DNA of 24,289 nucleotides, from positions 1-24,289 of the forward strand of contig NW_021836448.1 of the NCBI RefSeq assembly GCF_006345805.1. Reading direction: 5' to 3'. The DNA is from Octopus sinensis. Lineage: Eukaryota. A model generated the notes under the pieces. The model had not been told where the DNA came from and ran no database searches. It saw nothing but the letters and a program-made list of their open reading frames with translations. This document shows positions 11,868 through 22,382 of this stretch, in pieces; the stretch's first letter is position 1; each line of letters starts with the position of its first letter. A program made the position numbers and the translations under genes.

Positions 11868-12588
11868 TTAGGTTGAGTAAAAAGTAAGCAACGATCTGAA
11901 GCATGAAGAATTTGTACCGGATTTTTACAGAGATTTGAATTCTTTTAAGCATGTTTTTGCAATTGTCTGATAATACAGACAGAGACCTGCCCAAATGTAT
12001 CAATAAACAACGGCAGTGCATCAGCATGGCCGCAGCTCTGAGCTGAAGAAACTAAAGAGAAAAATGTTAGCATTGATACTTTTTTCACCGTTGTTACAAT
12101 CATCTGAAATGGATGTGTCAACGTGCGATATTCGAGCTATTCTGCTATTCAACTTCAAAGAAGGACGTAAAGCAGTTGAAACTAATCATGATATTAACGA
12201 AACATTTTTGGTGATGAAATGACCAGTGAGTGGTCAGCTCGAAAAGGATTTAAACGATTTCGCAGTGGAGACCTGAGCCTTGAAGATTGTGAGCGTAGTG
12301 GACGCCCATTTGTCATCGACGACGGTCAGTTAAAGACAGTCATTGAGAAATATCCACGTAAAACCACTCGAGAACTAGCAAAAGAACTTCAAGTTAGCCA
12401 GAAAACTGCCTGCAACAATTTGCATGCGATTGGAAAATAAAAAAAGCTCGCAATTTGAATGAAAAATCAGAAAATGCGCAGATATGAAATTTGCTCTTCG
12501 CTTCTTCGTAACCCGACTGATTTATTTCTCGACCGTGTTGTAACTTGCGATGAAAAGAAGATTTTGTACAATAATAATAAAAACGTTC

Positions 12589-12590
<2 letters not shown>
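11868..12590 (+). mobile_element. Defective mariner, 5' half, with Hsmar1/cecropia-like TIR; truncated at a (CA)n tract
   Basis: TA followed by the TIR ttaggttgagtaaaaagtaagcaacgat. From the ATG at 12109: MDVSTCDIRAILLFNFKEGRKAVETNHDINETF-(fs)-GDEMTSEWSARKGFKRFRSGDLSLEDCERSGRPFVIDDGQLKTVIEKYPRKTTRELAKELQVSQKTACNNLHAIGK*...FLDRVVTCDEKKILYNN (TCDEKW motif). Confidence 0.95.
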
Positions 12591-12642
<52 letters not shown>

Positions 12643-12672
12643 TATATATATATATGTGTGTGTGTGTATATA

Positions 12673-12704
<32 letters not shown>

Positions 12705-12845
12705 CTAAAGAAAAAGACCGACGCAACTGTCGACACACTTATATCTTCTTCAAAATATGAATGATTTCCGCTGATGTGACATATTAGCGGAAACCTAAAA
12801 AAGTATAATTAGAGCACATTACGAGATTCTGGTATCTTGACTGAT

Positions 12846-12886
<41 letters not shown>

Positions 12887-13170
12887 GTGTGTGTGAGTGA
12901 GTGAGTGAGAGAGAGAGAGAGAGTGAGTGGAAAAGAGAGAGAGTGAGTGAGAGAGAGAGTGAGTGAGAGAGAGAGAGAGTGAGTGAGAGAGAGAGACAGA
13001 CACAGAGAAAGTGAGAGAGAGAAGGAAGACAGAAATGTGAACGAGATAGAAAAAGAAGAGAAAGAAAACAGGAGAGAGGTCAATCAGATAGAGAGGTAGA
13101 GAGAGAGAGACAGAGAGGGAGGGAGGAATGGAGGAAGAGAAGCGGATGTAGACAGTCAGAGAGTGAAACG
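12591..13170. repeat. (CA)n/(TA)n, then (GAAA)n/(GA)n/(GAGT)n purine-rich tract from 12846
   Basis: Read directly. Confidence 0.9.
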
Positions 13171-13424
13171 AATACAGGACGTATGTTGGAGTGTCGTGCA
13201 AGAATCTGTTGGTTCCTCGGTTTTGGCATCTTGGTTTGGCGATGAGGCGAAGGGTGGTGTGGAGACGTGGTGATGGTGAGATACTTGTGAAGGTTTGGTG
13301 GTTGGACGTTGTGTTTATGTGGCGGCGTGTTGATGTGAACGTATCTTGAGCTGGTCAATCGATTCTATGTTTGATTGTGGCGTTATTAAGATGTCGTTGA
13401 TATTCGGTATGAAGCAAGCTCCTG

Positions 13425-13590
13425 AGAATGACCTTAACCTGCATTCGGGGGCCGAGGCTCCAGTCTGGGAGTTCTTGAGTCGTGGAGATCATGGAGTCAC
13501 CCCCTTAATTTACCGTTACTCCCTGGCCCGTTCTAATCATGAACGGTAATACCAGTCAGGGGTCCCATTCTATCAATGGGTTAAATAATT
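13425..13590 (+). mobile_element. Degraded interspersed repeat fragment, family not assigned
   Basis: gaggctccagtctgggag...ggagtcacccc...ttactccctggccc...ggggtcccattcta resembles a common octopus repeat as I recall it. There is no second copy in the window. Confidence 0.4.
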
Positions 13591-13595
13591 TCAGA

Positions 13596-13750
13596 TGTGG
13601 CTGTGTGGAAAGAAGCTTGCTTCCCAACCACATGGTTACAAGTTCAGTCCCACTGTGTGGCACCTTCGGAAAGTGTCTTCCACTATAGCCTCGGGCCGAC
13701 CAAAGCCTCGTGAGTGGATTTGGTAGACGGAAACTGAAAGCATCCTGTCG

Positions 13751-13803
<53 letters not shown>

Positions 13804-14015
13804 CTTTGTGTCTGTATTTGTCCTCCACCACCATCTCTTGATAACAGATTTTGGTGTGTTTATGAACCGTTATTTCGGGGGTACTGCAAAACATATGGTT
13901 AGAATAAGTACTAAGCTTACAAAGAATAAATCGATTTCTTCGACCAAAACCCTTCAAGGCGGTGCTCCATCATGGTCACAGCGAAATGGCTGAAACGTGT
14001 AAAAAAAAAATGAAT
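13596..14015 (+). mobile_element. tRNA-derived SINE with internal (TA)n(TG)n tract and A-rich tail
   Basis: A-box tggctgtgtgg, B-box-like agttcagtccc, body ggatttggtagacggaaactgaaag, microsatellite at 13751-13803, tail ggcggtgctccatcatggtcacagc...ctgaaacgtgtaaaaaaaaaa. An inverted homologue lies at 23355-23730. Confidence 0.9.
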
Positions 14016-14439
14016 AAAGGGTAGCTGGACCCCTTAGCTGCGATGAAAACAATCAATGAAAACTCCAAAATTAATACGTTCTTCTAGCGTGCGCTAAGCA
14101 AGCATGGAAGAGTATGGCTGTTGAATCTAATATAAGGTATGTTCAGTAACGTAGATTCTATTACTGAGGCAGCTATCTCATGTCAGTGTGCATTCTGCGG
14201 CAGGCGGTGTTAGTGGGAGATGATGATGAGGCTCGCTGTAGATTTGCTGTGGTTGGGTTGTTGGCAGTTTTAGCAGTAGTGGATACAGTAATGGAGGTGA
14301 TAGCGAAGTGATGTTGGCGATAGTGATGAAAATAGTAATGCTATATAGTATGTAGGATGGTATAAATAAATGCTTGTTATATGGTTTCGGTCGCAGTATA
14401 GTGTAACATATTGTAGTTTAGTTGATGCATTGTAATGCA

Positions 14440-14530
14440 ATCGTTGCTTAAAACCAGTCAACTCTGTTGCAGCAGACCTATGAAAACAAAGACAATCTAA
14501 CTGTAACCATCCCGATTTTTCTGTGTCTAG
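14440..14530. mobile_element. Fragment of a dispersed repeat also present in opposite orientation at 22015-22090
   Basis: ttgcttaaaaccagtc...gcagacctatga...accatcccgatttt aligns with the reverse complement of gggatggtcat...tcataggtctac...gactggccttaagcaa. Confidence 0.65.
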
Positions 14531-16109
14531 CTGCATCCACGTTTTCTAATTTAGTGAATCTAAAGCTCCGTTGCCTCTCATTAATTTCTCTGCCGTCGAC
14601 TTTCTCCTGAAGCAGGACTACGTCTCAAACGTTGAGATTTTCCCATTTCTCATGGCAAGTTCACTGTACTCTTTTATCGAATTTGCTAAGCAATTACCAG
14701 TCCTGCTGATGCAGACCAACACGTGTTTCTATGGAATCTGTTTGGTCATAGGATCACTTTATCCAGTGGTCTTAAAGGGGAAAGAAAAAACGAAGTGTAT
14801 TATTTGAGAAGATTTTGCTACTATTTCTAACACGTAGAATATCCTTCGTTGGTTCATAATATTTTTTGATGGTCGTGCAAACATACGAATCTGGAATATG
14901 GTAAATACGATCAATGCATGTGCAGTTGATGCTGTGAGATGTATGGAATTTATAGAAATATATTATAAATAAAATGTAAATAAGTAAGAAAATTGGTTTA
15001 AAATTAAAGTAAAGAAATGAAAATGAATATAAAATATAAATATAAATCTTTGTGGAATGTTATAGACAAGAGGTAGAACAAAATTGTGTTCTAAAAACTT
15101 ATAAGATATACTTAGCTTATTTATAATAATAGGCAAGGTAAGTTGTTAGAAGAAATCTTTTATAATTCTATAATTTTGAGACTAAAATTTATATTTACTT
15201 ATCATGAGAATATCTATAAATGACTCTTATTTAATGTCGGGTAAAGAGGTGATCAAGTTATTGGGCAAAAATTATATTATTATAAAGTTATGGGTTTTAT
15301 TATAGATTTAAGAAAATGCTTTTATTAATCCTTATATGATAATTTAAGTTGTATGAAAGCATGAGCTGTATGCTGTATTTCTGGAATAGTGGAATGGACG
15401 GACAATAAAGGAAATGCATTAAAAAGGAAAACGTGAAAGGTTCTAACTCTGCGTTGAGTGTTTCATCCAAAAGCAAATGTCGGTCATTTATAAATGAATC
15501 AAACGTAAGGTTGGAGGGAAAGAACTTCTTAGCATTTCTCATTATGTGAATGAAGGACAAAGATCAGTAAACCACTATCTTGCAAAATGTGTAGGAAAAC
15601 TACTTAAAGATGCTGCAATGGAAGTAGAACTTGAAGAAAGAGTATGCAAGCAAGATAATTAGTGAAAGAAAGCTCTTAAGAAGAAATGTAGTTTACATGG
15701 ATAGTTCCACGAAGTCACCAAGAATGTTAAAAATCCCAGCTCATTCTGGAAGCGACTCTGGACTGGAGATTTAAAGAGAGAAACTGCAAGTTTGTTGATG
15801 GTTGTTTAAGATGAAGATCTAAACGCTAATTCAATGTGTATGAGTATTATTTCGCTGCTTCAACGAACAAGTGCCGTCTATGAAAATAAGCGAATGGAAA
15901 ACGTTGAGCCGTTTGTAGCAGGGTGCAAAATGTTCGTTGAGAAGGAAAAGGAGACATCATAATAAGGTTTGTGTCGACGTACACTGGACATTTAAAAGAA
16001 TACAGATATATAACTTGAGACAACTGGTGCAATCGTGTACAAGGGAAAGCTCTTAATGAACCTAGTAAATCAAAAATTTTTATGGGATTTTGACATTCAG
16101 GAAGACAGA

Positions 16110-16922
16110 ACATGTGATGTTTGGGCCTATATTACATGTTTTATGTAATATGTTTCTTTATTAGTCATACAGAGCTGAACACAAAGGGGACAAATTACAA
16201 AGAAGAGCTTTTCTTTTTGGGGAGAAAAAAAAGGGGTGTTAAGTTTTCGATCAAAAGGGATCGTAAAAAAGAAAACGATCAATAGGGATCGTGTATCACA
16301 GAAATGTCATGATGTAAAGTGTAAAGAGGGAAACAGATAAGATTTATCCGTGGAAAGAAAAGCCTACGGAGAAGACAGCGGTAACCTCGGTCAATAATGT
16401 CACATGTTAACACATTTATTTGCAAGTAAGTAACTCTCTGTTTTAAATTAGACTAGGGGCCATTATTTGTGATAGTACAAAAAGAGAGTAACGCATTTAA
16501 TGGAATATTAAATGCACCCCATGTTCAGCAGCTCATATTCAGGAAAAAACCTTTTTATTACGAGCATAATCCTATGAACCCGGACAAATTTAAAACAGAG
16601 AGTTACTTACTTGCAAATAAATGTGTTAACATGTGACATTATTGACCGAGGTTACCGTTGTCTTTTCCGTAGGCTTTTCTTTCCACGGATAAATCTTATC
16701 TGTTTCCCCCTTTACACTCTACATCATGTCATTTCTGTGATACACGGTCCCTATTGATCGTTTTTTTTACGATCCCTTTTGATCGAAAACCTAACATCCC
16801 ACTTTTTTCTCCCCAAAAAGAAAAGCTCTACTTTGTAATTTGTCCCCTCTGTGTTCAGCCCTGTGTGGCTAATAAAGAAACATATTATATAAAATATGTA
16901 ATATAGACCCAACATCACATGT
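16110..16922. repeat. Long inverted repeat (foldback): arms 16110-16449 and 16587-16922, 137-bp spacer
   Basis: Manual alignment gives about 18 substitutions and 2 small indels over ~340 bp. 16379-16449 is identical to its partner. Confidence 0.98.
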
Positions 16923-16996
16923 AGGACCCAGGGTGACTTTTTGAGACATTTTTTTGGAGAAAACTGTGGGTCTCATATGCCTCCAAAAATACGGTA
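16923..16996. mobile_element. Single pogo/Tigger-type transposon end
   Basis: Ends ...gggtctcatatgcctccaaaaatacgg-TA, i.e. TA-ccgtattttt on the minus strand, a pogo-type terminus. The LINE frame (LITDVAI) resumes immediately after the TA. Confidence 0.65.
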
Positions 16997-17343
16997 GCTC
17001 ATAACAGACGTTGCAATTTCTTTAGGCAAAAAGAAGAAAGAAAAATATGGCGGAGAAGGATCTCGAAATGTGCAGATTTAAAAGTAGAAATACCAAGAAC
17101 ATGAGGATGTGTAACAGCCAAATTGTAAACTGTACTTCTTATTATATTGGATTTTCATATCAACTGGAACAATAAGGCACCAAGGCAGACATAAGTGTTC
17201 CAAATATTTGGCTTCCTTGGAACAGCTTACAGTCTCAGAAAGAAACTCTCTGTCTGACTCCTTTTGTTAAAACTTGGCAATTGACATGAAGAAGAACAAA
17301 AGCGACGCAAAAGCCTGTATTTTATATTCATAAAGTACAATGC

Positions 17344-17466
<123 letters not shown>

Positions 17467-18369
17467 TTCTATGTAGTACTTAGAAGCTGTTATTGTAGTG
17501 TTGGTTTTCTTTTGTTTGGCATGAGGTTAGTGTTTTTCGTTGGTCAGATAAGTGAACACACACTCATCACTCATTTACACACATACACGCATGCGTATGC
17601 AAATACATAGCCAGATAAATTGCCACACACACACACACATAGAAAGAGAGAGAAAGACAGACAGAGCTGAATAGATATATATATACATAGACGGTTATAA
17701 TTTGACAATTGACAACTTCTCATAAATATATTTTTCATAGTGAAGACACACACACATGCACACATCAACGGAATGAAAATGTTATCACTGTTTTGACGCC
17801 CACATTTACACCAAGTTTCGAGAAAACATGAACATATATCTCAGCCAATTTAATTAACACAGAACAAGTCTGTTAGAATGTTTGCCGCCTCCATCAACAT
17901 GAATAATAACTAGAATTAAAAGTTTTTTGGCAATCGCCTCGTTGTGATTACAGAATACAGGGTAAAAACAGGAATATTGAACATAAATATAAATGAAGTT
18001 GTTCACTTGGAAAGCGAGAAGTTAAATTGCAGGAAAAAAACTGAGAAAGTAAAACGACAAACGGTGACTGATAAAATATGCATTAGTATTATGGGTACAA
18101 ACGCCTACCCATACAGATAGATAGATATGTGTGTATATATGTGATTTCTTATGCTGTTTTTATCCTGCCCAACGAAGAAAGGGTGTATTGAGCGAGTAAC
18201 CCCTGAGAGAATGTGAATTGGACGCACCCCAAATTCAGTGGAGCATGTTGAGGAGAAAAAGAAACATTGTTCTTCGGTAGAGTCACCGTGACACAGAGCG
18301 CGACACAGTGTGACATAGAGTGTGGCACCGCTCTTCCTTTTGATTTACTTATGTATATATTATTAATGT

Positions 18370-18512
18370 GTATATAGAAAAATATTGTATTATGTATCAA
18401 TTATAGATACGTAGATAGAAAATATTATTTTATGTATTTATTATAAATATGTATATAGAAAAATATTATATTATGTATATATTATAGATATGCATTATAG
18501 AAATATATAAAT
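18370..18512. repeat. AT-rich minisatellite, ~41-bp unit, ~3.5 copies
   Basis: Variants of gtatatagaaaaatattatattatgtatatattatagatat start at ~18370, 18411, 18451 and 18492. Confidence 0.85.
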
Positions 18513-18599
18513 TCATTAATACTTTTACACAAATCTCTATGCATGTATGCGTGCGTGTGTGTGACCAGCTGTGATTGCAGGAATCTCATTACCATTATA

Positions 18600-18690
18600 C
18601 CATTCAATATATTTCCTCGAATTTTCACAGAAGTTGAAAGCTTTTCATTAATTTCAGAAAATCTTCTGGAATATTCCTGCAGACACCGTA
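18600..18690 (-). mobile_element. Possible very old mariner C-terminal remnant
   Basis: EYSRRFSEINEKLSTSVKIRG-(fs)-YIE resembles the ...KCVxxxGxYxE end of mariner transposases. Confidence 0.3.
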
Positions 18691-19049
18691 ACAAAATAAA
18701 TGAAAAATAACTTTAAAAGATAATGAAAGTAAAGCAAAAATTAAGAAAAGAAATGAAGAAAAAATAAAGCAAGTAGGAAAAACAAAAATGGCGTCTTTCT
18801 TTCATTTGTTTGTTTCATACAATATCTTTGCAAGAAAAGTAACTAGAATTAGCTTGGGAAATGTAAACTTGTGAACTTCAAACTCCTGTTTTATAATGAA
18901 TGGTTTTGTTGTTGTTGATTTTGCTGTCAAAATGTGAGTTATTAGAAATATTGAAAGCGGTTTTTGTGTGAGTCTTCAACAAGTTAATCTACTTAATTTA
19001 GTTTACCGAAAAGAAAAATCTCATTGTTTTGTCCGATTGAGATTTTAGA

Positions 19050-19575
19050 AGATGATCGTTAGAGTATGGGACAAAATTATTGTAGGATATTTCTTCTAGG
19101 TCTCTTGGCTCTATATTCAAAGACACGAGGTGAAAGAGCGTGGCTTAGAGGTTAGGGTAGTCGTCTCATGATCGTAGTTTCGTGAGATTGATCCTCAGCG
19201 ACGCGCTGTATCCTTGAGCAAGATACTTTATTTCGTACTACTCCTCTCTACTCAACCGACAAAAATTAAATGTGCCTGCATTTCAGAGGGCCAGCCTTGG
19301 TTCGTTCAGTATCCCTGGATTTCCGTGAGAACTAACTAAAGGTTACGCGTGTCCGTGGAATGCTCAACCACTTGCCCGTTAATTTCGCGCGCAGCCAGTT
19401 CCGTTGACTGGATCAACTGAAATCCGCGTCGTCGTAACTGGCAGAGTGGCAGTTATTCTGTGTTCGAACTCCGCCGAGGTCAACTTTTACCTTTGCTTTA
19501 ATTTTAGATTGCTGAAATAAAATATCAGTCAAACACTGGAGAAAGCGGAGTCGACCAACCACCAGAATTTCGTGT
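19050..19575 (+). mobile_element. Degraded Meta-domain-like SINE interrupted by the SINE at 19132-19452
   Basis: The head gatcgttagagtatgggacaaaat...ctatattcaaagacacgaggt resumes at 19455 as ttctgtgttcgaactccgccgaggtcaacttttacctt, matching the reverse complement of 21855-21895. Confidence 0.6.
19132..19452 (+). mobile_element. tRNA-derived SINE with the same head as 9359-9675 but a different 3' part
   Basis: gcgtggcttagaggttagggtagtcgtctcatgatcgtag...tccttgagcaagatactttatttc compared with gcatggatcagtggttagagcgtcgagcttacgatcgtgag...ctcttgggaaagacactttatttc. Confidence 0.8.
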
Positions 19576-19599
19576 TTAAGTTAAAAGTGATGAAAAAAT

Positions 19600-19755
19600 T
19601 TGGTTTCAATTGCTGGGCCAGGTAATGAAGTTGTGTTCTTGAGCAAAACACTTCATTTCACGTCGTTTCGGTCCACTCAGCTGGTAAAAATGAGTGACCC
19701 TACGGCGGATGGCGGAATATATATTGCACAGAATCTAGGAAACCAGCCTTATGAG
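19600..19755 (+). mobile_element. SINE fragment (B-box region and conserved central domain)
   Basis: gttgtgttcttgagcaaaacacttcatttcacgtcgtttcggtccactcagctggtaaaaatgagt shares the central domain of the 9359 and 19132 SINEs. Confidence 0.7.
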
Positions 19756-19759
19756 ATTA

Positions 19760-19898
19760 TGCACACACACACACACGTAAATGCACACACATACACGCAT
19801 ATATATAGACACACACATACACATATACACAGACATACATCTTTAAACATACACACTCACACATATATACATATATATGTATATATGTCTCTCTCTAT

Positions 19899-19932
<34 letters not shown>

Positions 19933-19986
19933 ACATGCATAAACATACACACATATACATATATATGTATATATATATATATATAT

Positions 19987-20018
<32 letters not shown>

Positions 20019-20310
20019 CATATATGTACATCTATCTATCACTGTATCTATCTATCTATTTATCTATCTGTCTGTGTGTTCCTCTCTCTATATATGTATA
20101 TGCAGACACACACACATACACACAGACATATATATATACAGACATATATACATACATATATACATACATGCATATATCTGTGTATATATATATATATATG
20201 TACATATATATATATATACATACATATATACATACATACATGCATATATATATACGTGTATATATACATATATACATTTGCATACATACACACACACACA
20301 TATATATACT
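19760..20310. repeat. (CA)n/(TA)n/(GA)n compound microsatellite
   Basis: Read directly. Confidence 0.95.
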
Positions 20311-20649
20311 GGCGCGAGCGTGTCTCCGTGGTTAAGAAGCTCGTAAATTGATTATCCTGAACTAAATCCCCCACAAAACGACACAGTTAAAAAAACCCCC
20401 AAAAACATGCGTTGAACGTGTTTCATTTGTTTCTTATTTCTTTTCCTCCCTTCTCTTTTTCTCCGTTTCTTTTGAAAGTTGTTATCATTTTCCTCATTTT
20501 TATATAAAAAACAAGATTAATTATAATCGTTGCGTGTGTGAGCCATATTTCCAGACAATATCCTCGGTAGCCAGCGTATACTTCCAAGACACCAGTAATG
20601 CTCTCCAAGAATACTAAGTCCTTTTTTTGTTTTTACTCATGGGAACATC

Positions 20650-20945
20650 TAACATAAAATTTTAAATTGCTTAATTACAGTTTTGTGGTGTACTTTATAA
20701 AAATAAAGTAAAATATAATAATTAGACGCAATTATCGTTTCGTGGTCTATTTTATAAACATAGAACAATAAAATTAATTTAAATAACTAAATCCTCATTT
20801 TGTTGTTTGTTCTATAAACATAGAGCAATGAAATTAATTAAATTGACCTAATTACCGTTTTATATTTGTTTTATAAGCAAAAAAAACAAGTTGCATTAAA
20901 TTGATTTAATTATCGTTTTATAAGTATTTTATAAGCATTGTTCAT
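20650..20945. repeat. Diverged AT-rich tandem repeat, ~58-60-bp unit, ~5 copies
   Basis: The anchor tttataa(a/g)ca recurs near 20695, 20752, 20812, 20871 and 20928; aatta(t/c)cgttt recurs near 20730, 20850 and 20908. Confidence 0.8.
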
Positions 20946-21102
20946 GTTAGATGATCAGTTAGGTAAATTAAACGCATAATTACTGTTAAATGAAATGGTT
21001 AATTACTATTGACGCTTAAATTTGCTTTCGCTACGTCGTTTCCGTTTTGTACCGGAAGTGAAGGTCGACACAGTAGACTTCCAAAAGCGTCCTTATTCGA
21101 TA

Positions 21103-21268
21103 TGAGGAGAATGTGAAAAGTTCCTGATTTTAAGGGTGCCGCAAAAGACCTGATCGGGGCGCAAACCTTTGAGTTCTTTAACAGGGCTTAGAAAACCTGG
21201 AGGACCGCTGCAATAAGTGCGTGAATCTGAGAGGGAAATATGTTGAATAAAATCCTAATTAACTGACT
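21103..21268 (+). mobile_element. Non-autonomous mariner derivative (MITE-like): TIR joined directly to the transposase C-terminal codons; other end lost
   Basis: TA followed by tgaggagaatgtgaaaagttcctg (mariner-type TIR), then GAQTFEFFNR-(fs)-LENLEDRCNKCVNLRGKYVE*. Confidence 0.8.
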
Positions 21269-21383
21269 GCGTCCATGCTGGGGCAACGGCTTGAAGGATT
21301 TTAATCGAATAAGAAGTCCACCAGGAATTTTTTAAAGCCTAATTCTTATTCTGTTGATATCTTTTACCGAAGTGCTAAGTCAC
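21265..21383 (-). mobile_element. SINE tail fragment (family of 13596-14015)
   Basis: gactgcgtccatgctggggcaacggcttgaagg...cttattctgttg...ccgaagtgctaagtcac aligns with 23382-23494. Confidence 0.75.
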
Positions 21384-21769
21384 AACATGTTCACTCAAAT
21401 TGCTAGAAACAACACCTAAATCTGCCTCAAATCAAATGGCTATTGTATTACAAGATGGAAGAAGACATTGGCCGATGCCAAATTCGATGAGATAGAAACA
21501 GATGGGGACAGACACGGCTGACTACTACTGGTCATATGTCAGCTTGGGCAAACCCGACCTGAGCCTAAAAAACAATAAGGGTGCCCTTACGTGGTATTTT
21601 GACTTGCTAGACATGACAGACAAATCTTCCTCAAGACATATTCTTACAGTCGTAAAAAGAGAGGCGAAGTATAAGAACATGGATTACAAATTTCTAAAAC
21701 GTAGAAGATCCTTCGTTGGTTCATAATATTCTATTTCTTTTCTTTTTCTTCTCCTTCTAAACCTCTTGA

Positions 21770-21962
21770 CTTCCAGCAGTTTCGGGTGAGAGTTTAAGTC
21801 GATTACATCGACCCCATTGCTCAACTGGTACTTATTTTATCGATCCCGAAAGGATGGAAGGCAAAGTCGACCTCGGCGAAATTCGAACTCGGAACATAAA
21901 GACGGTTGAAATTCCGCTACGCATTTTACTCGGCGTGCTACCGATTCTGCCAGCTCACCACT
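21770..21962 (-). mobile_element. tRNA-derived SINE with Meta-domain-like central region; best-preserved copy in the window
   Basis: Minus strand: ggtgagctggcagaatcggtagc (A-box), gagttcgaatttcgcc (B-box), gaggtcgactttgccttccatcctttcgggatcgataaaataagtaccag. The domain name is from recall. Confidence 0.85.
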
Positions 21963-22382
21963 TTGGGTGTCAAGACACACATTGAACAGCATATTAGACT
22001 TCGAAATCATAAAAATAGACGGGATGGTCATGAATGGAACTATTTCCCCATCATAGGTCTACTCACTAAAGACTGGCCTTAAGCAAACAATAACAACATC
22101 GACAACAACAGCAGCCTAAAGATATATTCAAGACGAGTATTTTTCTCTATAAACAATTCGAATACGCTACCTCGAAGAATAGTTTAGCGTAGGAGGAGAG
22201 AAGAAGGCTAGGGGCACGACCTTACCCTCTCGTACAAACAAAATTATTCACCGACAGCAAGTTGTCTCGATTCCGATCAATCGGTAACAACAGAATGATT
22301 TCCTAAACCGTCTTTCAAATGCGAGTCTGCCTATAAATAACGGGGAGAAGATGCGTATGCCTATAAATAGAGCATATCGTTC

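Larger units (their letters stand above)
15230..17257 (+). mobile_element. Degenerate R4/Dong-like non-LTR retrotransposon (RT C-terminal part, zinc knuckle, restriction-like endonuclease), interrupted at 16110-16996
   Basis: With stops and frameshifts: SGIVEWT...LKRKT*KVLTLR*VFHPKANVGHL; LHG*F; LWTGDLKRETASLLMVV*DEDL; KCRL*...ENVEPFVAGCKM; HNKVCVDVHW; LWDFDIQEDR; [insertion]; LITDVAI; KCADLKVEI; LGTAYSLRKKLSV* (TGA at 17255-17257). The order and motifs match R4-clade ORFs. Confidence 0.88.

Noticed and set aside
20530-20620. Complex island as a coding exon
   Set aside because: Several short open frames but no recognisable protein or convincing splice-site pair.
18370-20945. The 41-bp and 59-bp arrays as CRISPR-like repeats
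   Set aside because: They are head-to-tail diverged units without unique spacers, in eukaryotic context with no cas genes.
21321-21340. ccaggaattttttaaagcc as the right TIR of the 21103 mariner MITE
   Set aside because: It lies collinearly within the SINE tail fragment 21265-21383 and has no terminal TA context.
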